Source of the DNA: an uncultured Sphingobacteriaceae bacterium
GTDB taxonomy: Bacteria; Bacteroidota; Bacteroidia; Sphingobacteriales; Sphingobacteriaceae
Direction: 5' to 3'
Assembly: GCA_964236465.1 (NCBI GenBank)
Contig: CAXSBZ010000002.1
Span: 715 to 64,714 of the forward strand
Length of the DNA: 64,000 nt
Both the position numbers and the translations under genes were made by a program. Below the pieces are notes generated by a model. It had not been told where the DNA came from. It ran no database searches and saw only the letters and a program-made list of their open reading frames with translations. Positions 1 to 9,400 of this stretch are shown here, piece after piece (position 1 is the first letter of the stretch; each line of letters starts with the position of its first letter).

Positions 1-2
1 TA

Positions 3-446
3 ATCAACCAATATATCAGAACGCCCGATAGCAGTTTTTCGCAAATGGGCTGGCATACGGATAGCCCGCGAGATATATTTTTAGGACAAAAAATTATGCC
101 GATGCTGAACGTAGGTATCCATTTGGATGATTGCCCGGCAGCAAACGGCGGCTTGCGCTTTTTGACCGGCACACATAAACAGGGAATTTTGAAACTGCTG
201 TTTGCCAAAAAATATTTTGTGGACAACAATGAAGACCCGCGCGAAACAGGTTTGGATATCCAAGCCGGCGACTTAACTATCCATGATGGCAGGCTTTGGC
301 ACCGCGTACAGCAATCACCTTTTACCGGGCTGAAAAGCAAGCGGCGCGTGATGTACATCCCGATCATTACCGGCAAATCTATCCTCAAACATGAGCACAG
401 CAAAACGCCTTTTTACCATCATTTTATTTCTAAAGTAAAATTTTAA
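3..446 (+). CDS. phytanoyl-CoA dioxygenase (PhyH) family Fe(II)/2OG oxygenase, 5'-truncated by window edge
   Basis: Frame 3 is open from nt 3 to the stop at 446, so the gene starts upstream of the window. WHTD (His-x-Asp), GGLRFLTGTH and a distal His (LWHRV) fit the PhyH family. Confidence 0.7.
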   Translation: MNQYIRTPDSSFSQMGWHTDSPRDIFLGQKIMPMLNVGIHLDDCPAANGGLRFLTGTHKQGILKLLFAKKYFVDNNEDPRETGLDIQAGDLTIHDGRLWHRVQQSPFTGLKSKRRVMYIPIITGKSILKHEHSKTPFYHHFISKVKF

Positions 447-464
447 TATTTGATCTTCATACAG

Positions 465-491
465 ATGGCTGGCTTTAAACCAGCCATTTTT
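465..491 (+). terminator. putative intrinsic terminator
   Basis: 8-bp stem ATGGCTGG/CCAGCCAT with a 7-nt loop, followed by TTTTT, 19 nt after the PhyH stop. Confidence 0.55.
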
Positions 492-504
492 AATTTTATA
501 CAAA

Positions 505-1278
505 ATGGCTTACGCATTAATCACCGGTGCCAGCAAAGGTATCGGCAAAGCAATTGCAACAGAACTTGCTTCGCGCAAAATAGATGTGCTGCTGGTAGCC
601 CGTTCTGCCGAAAAGTTGCAGCAACTTGCTGATGAACTCGGCAAAAAGTATGGCATAAAAACAGCATTCCTTGCCCAGGATCTATCCGCAGAGAACGCAG
701 CACAAGAGGTTTTTAACTGGTGCCAAAAAGAAAACTTCAGCATAAACATTTTAGTAAATAATGCCGGCTATGGTTTAAGCGGAAAATTTGACAAGTACAA
801 ATTAGAAGAAAACCTAAACATGCTGCAATTGAATATGATGGTTCCGGTTGCATTGACGCAACTGTTTTTACCACAACTATTAGCTCAACCCAAAGCTTAT
901 ATCCTGAATACAGCCAGCTCTGCGGCTTACCAATCGGTACCTGGTTTGGCTTTGTATGCTGCTTCCAAAGCTTTTTTGCTGAGTTTTAGCCGTAGTTTGC
1001 ACCAGGAATTAAAAAATAAAAATGTTTCGGTTACCTGCCTTTCTCCCGGTGCTACGGATACTGATTTTGTAGTTCGTGCGCAAATCGGCCCGAAAGGTTT
1101 AAAAGCTGCTAATCAGGTTAATATGACGCCCGAAGCAGTGGCGAAAATTGCCGTAAAAGCAATGTTGCGCGGCAAAGCAGAAATAATTGCCGGCACGATA
1201 AATAAACTGGGCGCATTTGTGAGCTGGCTGCTGCCCAAAACTATTGTGGAGCGTACGGCAATGAAAATCTATCAGTAG
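505..1278 (+). CDS. SDR family oxidoreductase (classical short-chain dehydrogenase)
   Basis: 257 aa with TGASKGIG (TGxxxGxG), NNAG and YAASK (YxxxK) motifs. Confidence 0.9.
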   Translation: MAYALITGASKGIGKAIATELASRKIDVLLVARSAEKLQQLADELGKKYGIKTAFLAQDLSAENAAQEVFNWCQKENFSINILVNNAGYGLSGKFDKYKLEENLNMLQLNMMVPVALTQLFLPQLLAQPKAYILNTASSAAYQSVPGLALYAASKAFLLSFSRSLHQELKNKNVSVTCLSPGATDTDFVVRAQIGPKGLKAANQVNMTPEAVAKIAVKAMLRGKAEIIAGTINKLGAFVSWLLPKTIVERTAMKIYQ

Positions 1279-1343
1279 CCGGTTCAATTTTTTTGTAGAA
1301 TGCTTCTTTTATCGTACATTTTTCAGAAACAAGTTTTGGCTTG

Positions 1344-1958
1344 ATGCGTTCTCCTCAAACACAAATTAAACTTGTTTTTATGAGCCAATATGAAAACGGT
1401 ATTTTAGATCAAAACGATGATCTGCATACAACATCTAATCAAAATAAAATAGTTTGGGATGGCGGAACTTACAGCAATAAGCCAACTACAACAGCTGATG
1501 TAGCCAAAAACGATGATATTGAACATGGGGATCATGGCAGCACAACTATGTCTCCAACCAATGATTTGCCCCGAGAAGCAGATGAAAGCAGCAGTTTTGA
1601 TACTGATGATGACGAAGATTTTGACGATACTGTTGGAGAAGACAATCTGGACGATGAAGACGGTTTTAATGCCAACAGCGATGACCCAACAGAAAGCGAG
1701 CTGACCAAAACCTGGATCGGCAATGAAAAAACAGTGCACGAAGCGGGTGCAAAAGGCATGGAAGGCGAACCAATGGGCGGACAAAATTTCGGCGTAAGCG
1801 AACTGGAACAAAAAAATAACCGGGATGCCAGCGATAGCGAGCATCATAGCTTAGGTTTAGGCAACTCTGCTTTGAACCAGCCAAGTGAAGAGATTTCCAA
1901 TCCACCGGAAATTGAACAAGGCGGAGAGCATCCTGATCGCAAGAAAATGGATGATTAA
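1344..1958 (+). CDS. hypothetical highly acidic low-complexity protein
   Basis: About 200-aa ORF, very Asp/Glu-rich (DDDEDFDD, EDNLDDEDG), with no recognisable domain. The start is ambiguous (TTG 1341, ATG 1344, ATG 1380). Confidence 0.5.
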   Translation: MRSPQTQIKLVFMSQYENGILDQNDDLHTTSNQNKIVWDGGTYSNKPTTTADVAKNDDIEHGDHGSTTMSPTNDLPREADESSSFDTDDDEDFDDTVGEDNLDDEDGFNANSDDPTESELTKTWIGNEKTVHEAGAKGMEGEPMGGQNFGVSELEQKNNRDASDSEHHSLGLGNSALNQPSEEISNPPEIEQGGEHPDRKKMDD

Positions 1959-1998
1959 ACGATAAATCGGTTTTAAAAAAATTACAAATGTAAAAAGA

Positions 1999-2027
1999 GC
2001 AATGCAGTAAATGGCATTGCCTTTTTT
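1999..2027 (+). terminator. putative intrinsic terminator
   Basis: GCAATGC-N8-GCATTGC hairpin followed by a T-run, 40 nt after the stop at 1958. Confidence 0.5.
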
Positions 2028-2092
2028 GTTAATACCTCAGCCCAGCCCTCTCCCAAAAAGAAAAAGCAGTACTGTGTAAAATAAAAATCCGG

Positions 2093-2569
2093 TTAGTTTT
2101 CCCAATTATCCAACAACCGCCGGATCAACACAATCTGGCCGGTATGATAACTTAAATGATCAATAATCAAAATTGCTTCCCGCAGTAAATTTTGCCCGTC
2201 GCCATGGGCAAAAGGTTCTAAAAGATCGTTGTTTTCATCTGTAATTAAGTTTGTAAAAGCAGCAAGACTTTTATTAATTTCTGCCAGTGTGTTTTCCCAT
2301 TCCTGCGCGTTTGCAGGCGCAGTTTCTGCTGGCCAATATGCTTTCGGCCAATCCAGCGGTTTGTAATTTTTATTTTGCGAAAAATCAAGGATATCTTGTT
2401 GGGTAATTCGCAAATGTTCTACCAATTGCCAGATGGTGTAAGGCAGATGCGACAATTTGATACTTGTGCTTTTGATGTCTAACCCTTCCAAAGCTGTTTC
2501 CAAATCAGCATGGGCATTGCTTTTTTGGAGCAGTTGGGATAGGTTTTGTTTGAATGATTGTATATTCAT
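2093..2569 (-). CDS. DinB-family (four-helix bundle, DinB_2-like) protein
   Basis: About 158 aa starting at MNIQSF. His-containing motifs (WQLVEHL, IDHLSYHTGQI) are typical of the DinB/YfiT superfamily. I prefer the ATG at 2569 over the upstream ORF-track start, which reads through the repeat. Confidence 0.7.
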   Translation of the reverse strand: MNIQSFKQNLSQLLQKSNAHADLETALEGLDIKSTSIKLSHLPYTIWQLVEHLRITQQDILDFSQNKNYKPLDWPKAYWPAETAPANAQEWENTLAEINKSLAAFTNLITDENNDLLEPFAHGDGQNLLREAILIIDHLSYHTGQIVLIRRLLDNWEN

Positions 2570-2637
2570 GATGCTTCTTTTATCAAGATAAAATTGGAGT
2601 CTCAATTTAAAAAACTAAATTTCTGTTTCTTTTTCGC

Positions 2638-3555
2638 TTAAAATAAGGATAATGGTTTCGGGATAAATTGCGGCCGTTTCAAATCCAAACCCAATTCCTG
2701 ATTAATTTTGCTGATAAAATAATCTGCCAGTTTAGCCTCGCCTGCCGTTTGCTGCAAGTGCACAAACAGAAATAAAGATTGTAAACCCTGCTGCTGCCAG
2801 ATTTTAATTCGTTTTACCCAGGCATCTGCACGCTGATGATTGATAGTCGGATGCAAGGCATTCCCAACAAAACGAATAAAAGCAGCTGGCACAGGCAAGT
2901 GCATGTGCGCCGCATCGCGCCTGCCGGCAACATCGGAAATTACCGCGCCAATGTTCAAATTTCGCAGCATAGCAAAAACTTTTTCCCGGATTTGTGCATC
3001 CGAAAACCAGCGTTCGTGCCGCAATTCTACAAAAACCGGAACGTCCTGCGGCAATTGCGCCAGGTATGTTTCCAGTTCTGCAAACCGTTCCGGGCTGAAG
3101 TGATCGCCCAACTGCAAAAAAAGCGGACCCAGTTTCTCGCCAAAAGCCAGCACATTTTCATAAAAAATGGTTGTCAGTTCCTGTACACTGTACAAAGATG
3201 GTGCATGGCTGATCTGCTTCGGAAACTTTGGACAGAATAAAAAATCCGGGTTTACGGCTACTCTTTCCTTCCATTTGGTTAGCGTTTCTGCCGGATAAAG
3301 CTGATAAAATGTAGCATTCAGTTCCATCAAACTAAACTGCCGTGCATAAGCTTCCCAAAACTTGCTGTCTTTGGTGCCTTCGGGATAAATTTCGCCCACC
3401 CAATCTTTCGTTCCCCAAGTAACGCAACCGACGTGGACTTTTAATTTTTGCGGAGCAGGATTGTTTTTTAAAGTTGCCTGGTTAAAATCCGGTTCGACCG
3501 GTAAACTAAAATCAATTAAAGATATTTCGTGCGGCTGTACTTTTCCAAATTCCAT
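2638..3555 (-). CDS. DUF72 (UPF0759) domain-containing protein
   Basis: 305 aa. VHVGCVTWGTKDW and LMELNATFYQLYP resemble conserved DUF72 blocks. Confidence 0.75.
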   Translation of the reverse strand: MEFGKVQPHEISLIDFSLPVEPDFNQATLKNNPAPQKLKVHVGCVTWGTKDWVGEIYPEGTKDSKFWEAYARQFSLMELNATFYQLYPAETLTKWKERVAVNPDFLFCPKFPKQISHAPSLYSVQELTTIFYENVLAFGEKLGPLFLQLGDHFSPERFAELETYLAQLPQDVPVFVELRHERWFSDAQIREKVFAMLRNLNIGAVISDVAGRRDAAHMHLPVPAAFIRFVGNALHPTINHQRADAWVKRIKIWQQQGLQSLFLFVHLQQTAGEAKLADYFISKINQELGLDLKRPQFIPKPLSLF

Positions 3556-3639
3556 TGCTTAAAATAAATAATGCTTCTTTTATCGGGTATTTTTTAGGGA
3601 AGTTATAGGTCTTACCATACGAAAAAAGCTTAAAAAAAT

Positions 3640-3942
3640 TCAGGCTGAATACTTGAGTTTATTACGCTCTATGTATAAATCGTAATCCGTTTGTAAAGCC
3701 ATCCAAAATTCGGCTGCGATGCCTAATTCTGCTTCCAATTTTAAAGCAACATTAGCAGTAATATTACGCTTACTTTTTACAATATCCCCAAAATGGCCCG
3801 GATACATGCCAATTTTCATGGCAAATGCAGATTTTGCTATTTTCCTGGCTGCTAATTCATCTTTCAAAATTTCACCGGGGTGCAATTCAATATCCAAAAT
3901 AATTTCATTGCCTTTTTGATCTAATATTTTGTCGTTGTACAT
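3640..3942 (-). CDS. higA: HigA-type antitoxin (XRE-family HTH)
   Basis: 100 aa with an HTH region (AKSAFAMKIGMYPGHFGDIVKSKRNIT). It lies 1 nt downstream of the HigB-like ORF, in the toxin-first order typical of higBA. Confidence 0.8.
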   Translation of the reverse strand: MYNDKILDQKGNEIILDIELHPGEILKDELAARKIAKSAFAMKIGMYPGHFGDIVKSKRNITANVALKLEAELGIAAEFWMALQTDYDLYIERNKLKYSA

Positions 3943-3943
3943 G

Positions 3944-4261
3944 TTACTGATAGTGATTGGTTAAATCTTCTACAACAATTATTTCTGATACGGTAATCTC
4001 ATTCTGCTCAATCAAAAAAATGAGCCGGTAATGATAATCAACCCTTACCGAATATTTTCCTTTCAATTTGCCTTTTAATGCTTCAAAATTCAAACTGTTT
4101 AAAAAGTGTAAACTCTTTGTATCAGGCATTCTTTGTAAAATCTTTAAAGTTTTTTTAAACTTTATAATTACGTTTTTATCAAATTTAGGCTTGCCTTTTA
4201 TATTTTCATCTTTAGCTAAACTTTCTAAATAATTGTCGCTAAACCTGATTGTCATATGCAA
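3944..4261 (-). CDS. higB: HigB/RelE-like toxin (plasmid maintenance system killer family)
   Basis: About 104 aa. GKYSVRVDYHYRLIF followed by IEDLTNHY-like C-terminus fits the HigB-type RelE fold. AT-rich. Confidence 0.7.
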   Translation of the reverse strand: MHMTIRFSDNYLESLAKDENIKGKPKFDKNVIIKFKKTLKILQRMPDTKSLHFLNSLNFEALKGKLKGKYSVRVDYHYRLIFLIEQNEITVSEIIVVEDLTNHYQ

Positions 4262-4333
4262 ATGTAGTTACAAAAAATGTATTACACATTATTTGTATTT
4301 TATATTGATAAAAGAAGCATTGCACATTGAAGA

Positions 4334-4406
4334 AGATTTCTCCCTTCGGTCGAAATGACAAAGTTCAAACCCTTTTGATGATATGCCGAAACAAGTTCTG
4401 CATGAC
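4334..4406. repeat. composite of two hairpin repeat families (AGATTTCTCCCTTCGGTCGAAATGACA and GATATGCCGAAACAAGTTCTGCATGACA)
   Basis: Related copies at 19889-19978, 42492-42580 and 58301-58415 (family 2) and at 42389-42415 and 42452-42478 (family 3). Confidence 0.8.
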
Positions 4407-4415
4407 AATTGAACC

Positions 4416-6107
4416 TTATTTCCAATCCAGTTTTAGCAGTTCAACCGCCTGCCGTTCCAAGTTGATATTTATTTTTAATTGTCCATTTACCACAACCATT
4501 TCCTGCGGATTCCCGGCGGTTTGCAGCATCCCGGCTTTTTCCAGTTCTGCAATTTGTGCCGTTGTTGGTTGCTGCGGCGATCCCATTTTTTTCCAAAGAT
4601 TGTAAGAATTGCTATGGTTTTGATCGATCAAAAACCGCGAAACCTGAACCGTTTTTGCAGACAAATTATTTAAGTTGATGCTAATTGGCGATGCTGCTTC
4701 ATGCAAGTCATCATCATGATAATTCCACACCATCACGGCAGCTGTATTTTTATCTTTGGAAGCCAGCGCGCCAATATCCGTTCCGTTTCTGATGCTCGAA
4801 TCGCGTACTGTTTTTAGGGGGTAAAAATTGCTGCCGATGACTTCCACCCGCATTCCGCTCATCTTGCCAAACATCCGGAAAACATTTAAAACCGGTTTGT
4901 CCACACCATTCGTCGCCAGATCGCGGAAACCGTAAAACCAGGGCTGATCTTCAAACTCAAACGACCAGGAAACCGCACCTTTAAAGTTCACGCCGTACTG
5001 ATCGGCCAGCAAATATTCCCTCGCAAAAGAAGCAGCGGTATAACTGGAAAACATTGTGCCGTTGCGGTAAGCGTTTTCCGGGTTGGTTTGCATCCCGCAG
5101 GCCGCGCAGCCTTCCGGGTCAGATTCGCCGATGATGACAGGCAAATTTTGTGTCTGCGGATAGGATTTGACAATTTTAAAACCGGCCTCAATATCGCGCA
5201 GCTGCGTGCCCATGTTCATCCGCACCACGCCGTTGATCAGTTTGGGCGATCCTTTGACATGAAATAAAACGGCATCCAGCGGCGAACCAATTTTGCCGGT
5301 TACATAATTGGTATCCGAAATACAATGCTGCAAAAAGCCGCGCAAAAAATTCGTTCCGCCTGCGCCGCCTGTTCCGGCCACGTTGCAGCCACCGATTTTG
5401 GCCGTTGGCAAAGCGCGTTTTAAACCGTCGGCAGCGTAATCATACAGCTTATAAAACTCCGGCACGGTGCCTTTCCAATAATCGCCGTTGGGCTCGTTCC
5501 AAACTTCCCAATACCAGCTTTCTACCTCTTTTTGCCCGTACCTTTTCACACAATGTTTTGTCCATTCGTACACCAGATTGCCCCATTTTTGGTAATCTTT
5601 TGGCGGATAAGCCCAGCCGGTAATAATTTCTTTGTATGGATGGCCGGGCTGCCAGTGATGCCGGTACGGCTCGGGATGCGTGGACAAAGCTTCGGGCATA
5701 AACCCCATTTGCGCCAACGGTTTGATGCCGCGTTTGATGTATGCATCAAAAATCCGGTCCACAATCCTGAAGTCATAAACCGGTTTTCCGTTTTTGTCTT
5801 CGGTATAAATGTTGGTCGAACCCCATTTTAGCGCAGCCGTTCCGTCGCCGGAAGTCATTAAATTATGCGCTCGGAAGTAGACAGGATTTTTGCTCAGCGA
5901 GCCTAATTCTGAAAGCAGTTTTTGCCCGTCTTTCATGTAAGCGTAGTTGGGTTCATCGGCACCAAACCACGACCAGATCGGCCGCATCGGCGCAATTTCT
6001 TTGTTAAAATTTACTTCCAAAGAAGCCGGTGCACTTTGCGATTTTACCCCGATAAAAGAAGCAAACAGCAAAGCCAGGCAGCAAAGTTTTTTTACAGGTT
6101 CCTTCAT
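4416..6107 (-). CDS. secreted clan GH-A glycoside hydrolase, GH39-like (beta-xylosidase-like)
   Basis: 563 aa with a signal peptide (CCLALLFASFIGVKSQS). The WYWEVWNEPN catalytic acid/base block is typical of GH39/clan A. Confidence 0.65.
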   Translation of the reverse strand: MKEPVKKLCCLALLFASFIGVKSQSAPASLEVNFNKEIAPMRPIWSWFGADEPNYAYMKDGQKLLSELGSLSKNPVYFRAHNLMTSGDGTAALKWGSTNIYTEDKNGKPVYDFRIVDRIFDAYIKRGIKPLAQMGFMPEALSTHPEPYRHHWQPGHPYKEIITGWAYPPKDYQKWGNLVYEWTKHCVKRYGQKEVESWYWEVWNEPNGDYWKGTVPEFYKLYDYAADGLKRALPTAKIGGCNVAGTGGAGGTNFLRGFLQHCISDTNYVTGKIGSPLDAVLFHVKGSPKLINGVVRMNMGTQLRDIEAGFKIVKSYPQTQNLPVIIGESDPEGCAACGMQTNPENAYRNGTMFSSYTAASFAREYLLADQYGVNFKGAVSWSFEFEDQPWFYGFRDLATNGVDKPVLNVFRMFGKMSGMRVEVIGSNFYPLKTVRDSSIRNGTDIGALASKDKNTAAVMVWNYHDDDLHEAASPISINLNNLSAKTVQVSRFLIDQNHSNSYNLWKKMGSPQQPTTAQIAELEKAGMLQTAGNPQEMVVVNGQLKININLERQAVELLKLDWK

Positions 6108-6465
6108 TTTCGTTGAATTAGGTTTTAGCTATTTCGATTTTTTTATGTTGAAAATACTTCGACGCAAAATTGCACAATGTTTTGCTTCGTTGCCGGTTTT
6201 GTTCAATTTATACCCATGCAGCAGCCTTAACCATAGCGGGTTTTAGTTAATTATTTTTTAGGCTGAAGCTGCTCTCGGACCTTATCTGCAATAATACTTC
6301 CGATTATATAGCTTTCTGATTGTGAATAAAATATACTGTTTTTATCACCCTAAAATCGAAATGTAATATTTGCCTGCCCGATTTGTGAACGGGGAAAATT
6401 ATCAGCATAACTTGATTTGGCAAAACACGTACAACCTTGTTTAGCCTTTTTTAAGCCGGTAACGA

Positions 6466-9400
6466 ATGGAGAAATTTTACGATAAGCTGCAAAAAGTATT
6501 TTTCCTGATCACGTTTTTTACGTTGATTTCTACCTCGTTAAAAGCCCAAACCTTAACGCTTAGTGCTCTTGATGCCGGGCCTTATACGCCGGGTTCTAGC
6601 ATTGCGGTGCCATTCAGCATCAACACCAGCGGTGGCTGCATCAACTCAGACAATGTTTTTAAATTGTATATTTCCTCTGTTCCCGGCGGTACACCAGATA
6701 CCGAAATTGGCAGTTATACCGGGTTTTATGCAGCTTTTTTAAACGGCACGATCCCGACAGGGCTGGCAGCCGGAAGCTATAACCTGGCCGTTAAATCATC
6801 TGATCCGGTGGCAACTTCTACCCTTGCCACGATCAATGTGGTTGCCGGTGCAGCAGTGCAAGCCGCAATTGACGGATCGAGCATCAACAGCAATAACCCA
6901 GCAATTTTTGGTAATTGTTCGGGCACCAACCAGGCTTATGATTTCATCAATTCTTCTACTTCGGGAACTGTTGTTACTGCTAATTTCCACAATGAATACA
7001 GTCAGGCTGATGAAGGGACATTCCCGCTGAACCCAAGCAAATCTTTCAATGCTGCCTATGCCAATTACACGATTCTGGTAAAAGCCACGATCAATGGCAC
7101 TGAAGCAACAAAAGCTTATCAACTGATTAACAATAAGTTGAATACAAGTTTTGGAACAACCGGCACCAATACCGTTTGCCTAAACAACGGCATGGGGCAA
7201 TTGAGCTACACGGTTGATTATACTTCGCCAAATGGTATCCAGTACAATTATCCCGGCAATTTCTATATTGTGGATTGGGGCGATGGCAGCCCGCAAAGTA
7301 TTTACACGCTATGCGAAATTAAAAACCTGGGCGGTGTGCTTTCACACAGTTATACACAAAGTTCCTGCGGCAGCACGAGCGGCAACCAAGCAAATAGTTT
7401 TCAGGTAAATGCCCAGGTGAGCAGCCGGATCTGCGGTACGCTTGGTTCGCCGATTACCAGTTATGCCAAAGTAGTGCGGCCGCCAACCAATGGCTTTACC
7501 GCCCCGCTAAGTGCCTGTTTGAATGAACCGGTTACTTTCAACAATACTTCTGATCCGGGCCAGGATGCTTCCAGTGCCAATTGCGTAAACAACAATGCCA
7601 AATATTCCTGGTATATTGACGGGCAGCTGGTTGCGGTAAACCGCCCGGCTGGTGCTTCTTTTACCTATACTTTTACCACACCGGGAAACCATACCATCAA
7701 ACTGGTTTTGCAATCGCAGAGCGGCAGTGTTTGCAGTGCCGCAGATGTAACCAAAACTATATGCGTGCTGGCCAAACCGCAGCCAGCTTTTACGGTTGAT
7801 GCAGCCACAATCTGCAGCAACGGGATTGTTACGACAACGGATGCCTCGGTTATTGATAATTCCTGCGCCAACATCCCGCAAAACAATGCTTATACCTGGA
7901 GCGTAACCGGGCCGGCAGCTACCAGTTTTATCAACAATACAACGCCGCAAAGCCACAGCCCGCAGATTCAGTTTTTTTCGCCGGGCGTTTACACGCTTAC
8001 TTTATCTATTGGTACAGAAAGCTGCGGAAGTGTGAGCACCTCGCAAACCATCACCGTAAATACTACGCCAACGGTTGCCTTATCGCCAAATAAGGATTAC
8101 TGCGGAACCAATCAGACGCTTACTTTCGCCAACAATTCCGGTGCCACACAAGTTATTTTTACGGGTACAACAACGGACCAGGCCAACACTTACAGCTGGA
8201 CGGTAAGCCCGCCGAGCGGCGGCAATTACAGTTTTGTAAACGGAACGAGTGACAGTTCTAAATATCCGCAGATATTATTTTCAAGTTTCGGCGTTTACAC
8301 CATCACGGCTACGCAAACCAATAATTGCGGTACGGCAAGTGCATCGCAACAACTTAATTTTAAGCAATCACCCAATATCAGTGCCGGTCCGGATCAAACT
8401 ATTTGTCCGGCTGACGTGGTACAGCTGGCCGGAACGATTACCGGGCCTGCGCCGCAAAGTTTCCAATGGGTGGGCGGAAACGGAATTTTTTCGCCGAATA
8501 ATACTACGCTGAATGCCATTTATACCCCAACGAATGCGGAGGTTAATGCCGGACAAGTTAAGCTGACTTTAACCGTGCAAACCGGTAATCCGATGCCTTG
8601 CGATCAGCTTTCGGATGAAATAATTATTACGATCAACCCAAGAAATGCGGTTACCAGTTCATCAGCCAAAAGTATTTGTACAGGCAACAGTGTGGCTTAT
8701 CATCCGACGGCACAGCAAACCGGCAGCACTTTTACCTGGACTTCTACCGTAACCAACGGCAGCATCAGCGGAAACAGCACCAGTGGTTCGGGAGATATCA
8801 ATGATGCGCTGACGGATAATGATCCGCAGAATAACGGAACGGTAACTTATACGATAACGCCGGTGAGCAACGGTTGCCCGGGCACTTCTTTCCAATTGAC
8901 GGTAACCGTTACGCCGCGACCAATCATCACCGTAAACTCAACTACCAACACCATTTGCAGCGGACAAGGCGCAGGCATTACTTTTACTTCCAATTTAAGC
9001 GGAACAACCTTTAAATGGACAACTACCGCCACGTCAAATGTTTATGGCAATAACAGCCAGACGGCGGGCAATTTTACCGGCATAAACGAAGTATTGACCA
9101 ATACTTCGGCTACTGCTTCCGGCACGGTTACTTATAGCATTACGCCGATCAGTACTTCCGGTTGCGAAGGCACGCCGGTTACCGTTACCATTACCGTACA
9201 GCCTTTGCCGGTGCAAGCCAATGCAGGCCCGGACCAGCAGATTTGCAGTGCTTCAACAACAACATTAAGCGGAAATTTGCCGGGCGTTTCTACCGGATTA
9301 TGGACTTTGAGATCGGGGCAGTCCGGTGTAACTTTTACAGATGCCACGCAATACAATACCACTGTAAACGGATTGCAGCCAGGCGTAAATTATACTTTCC

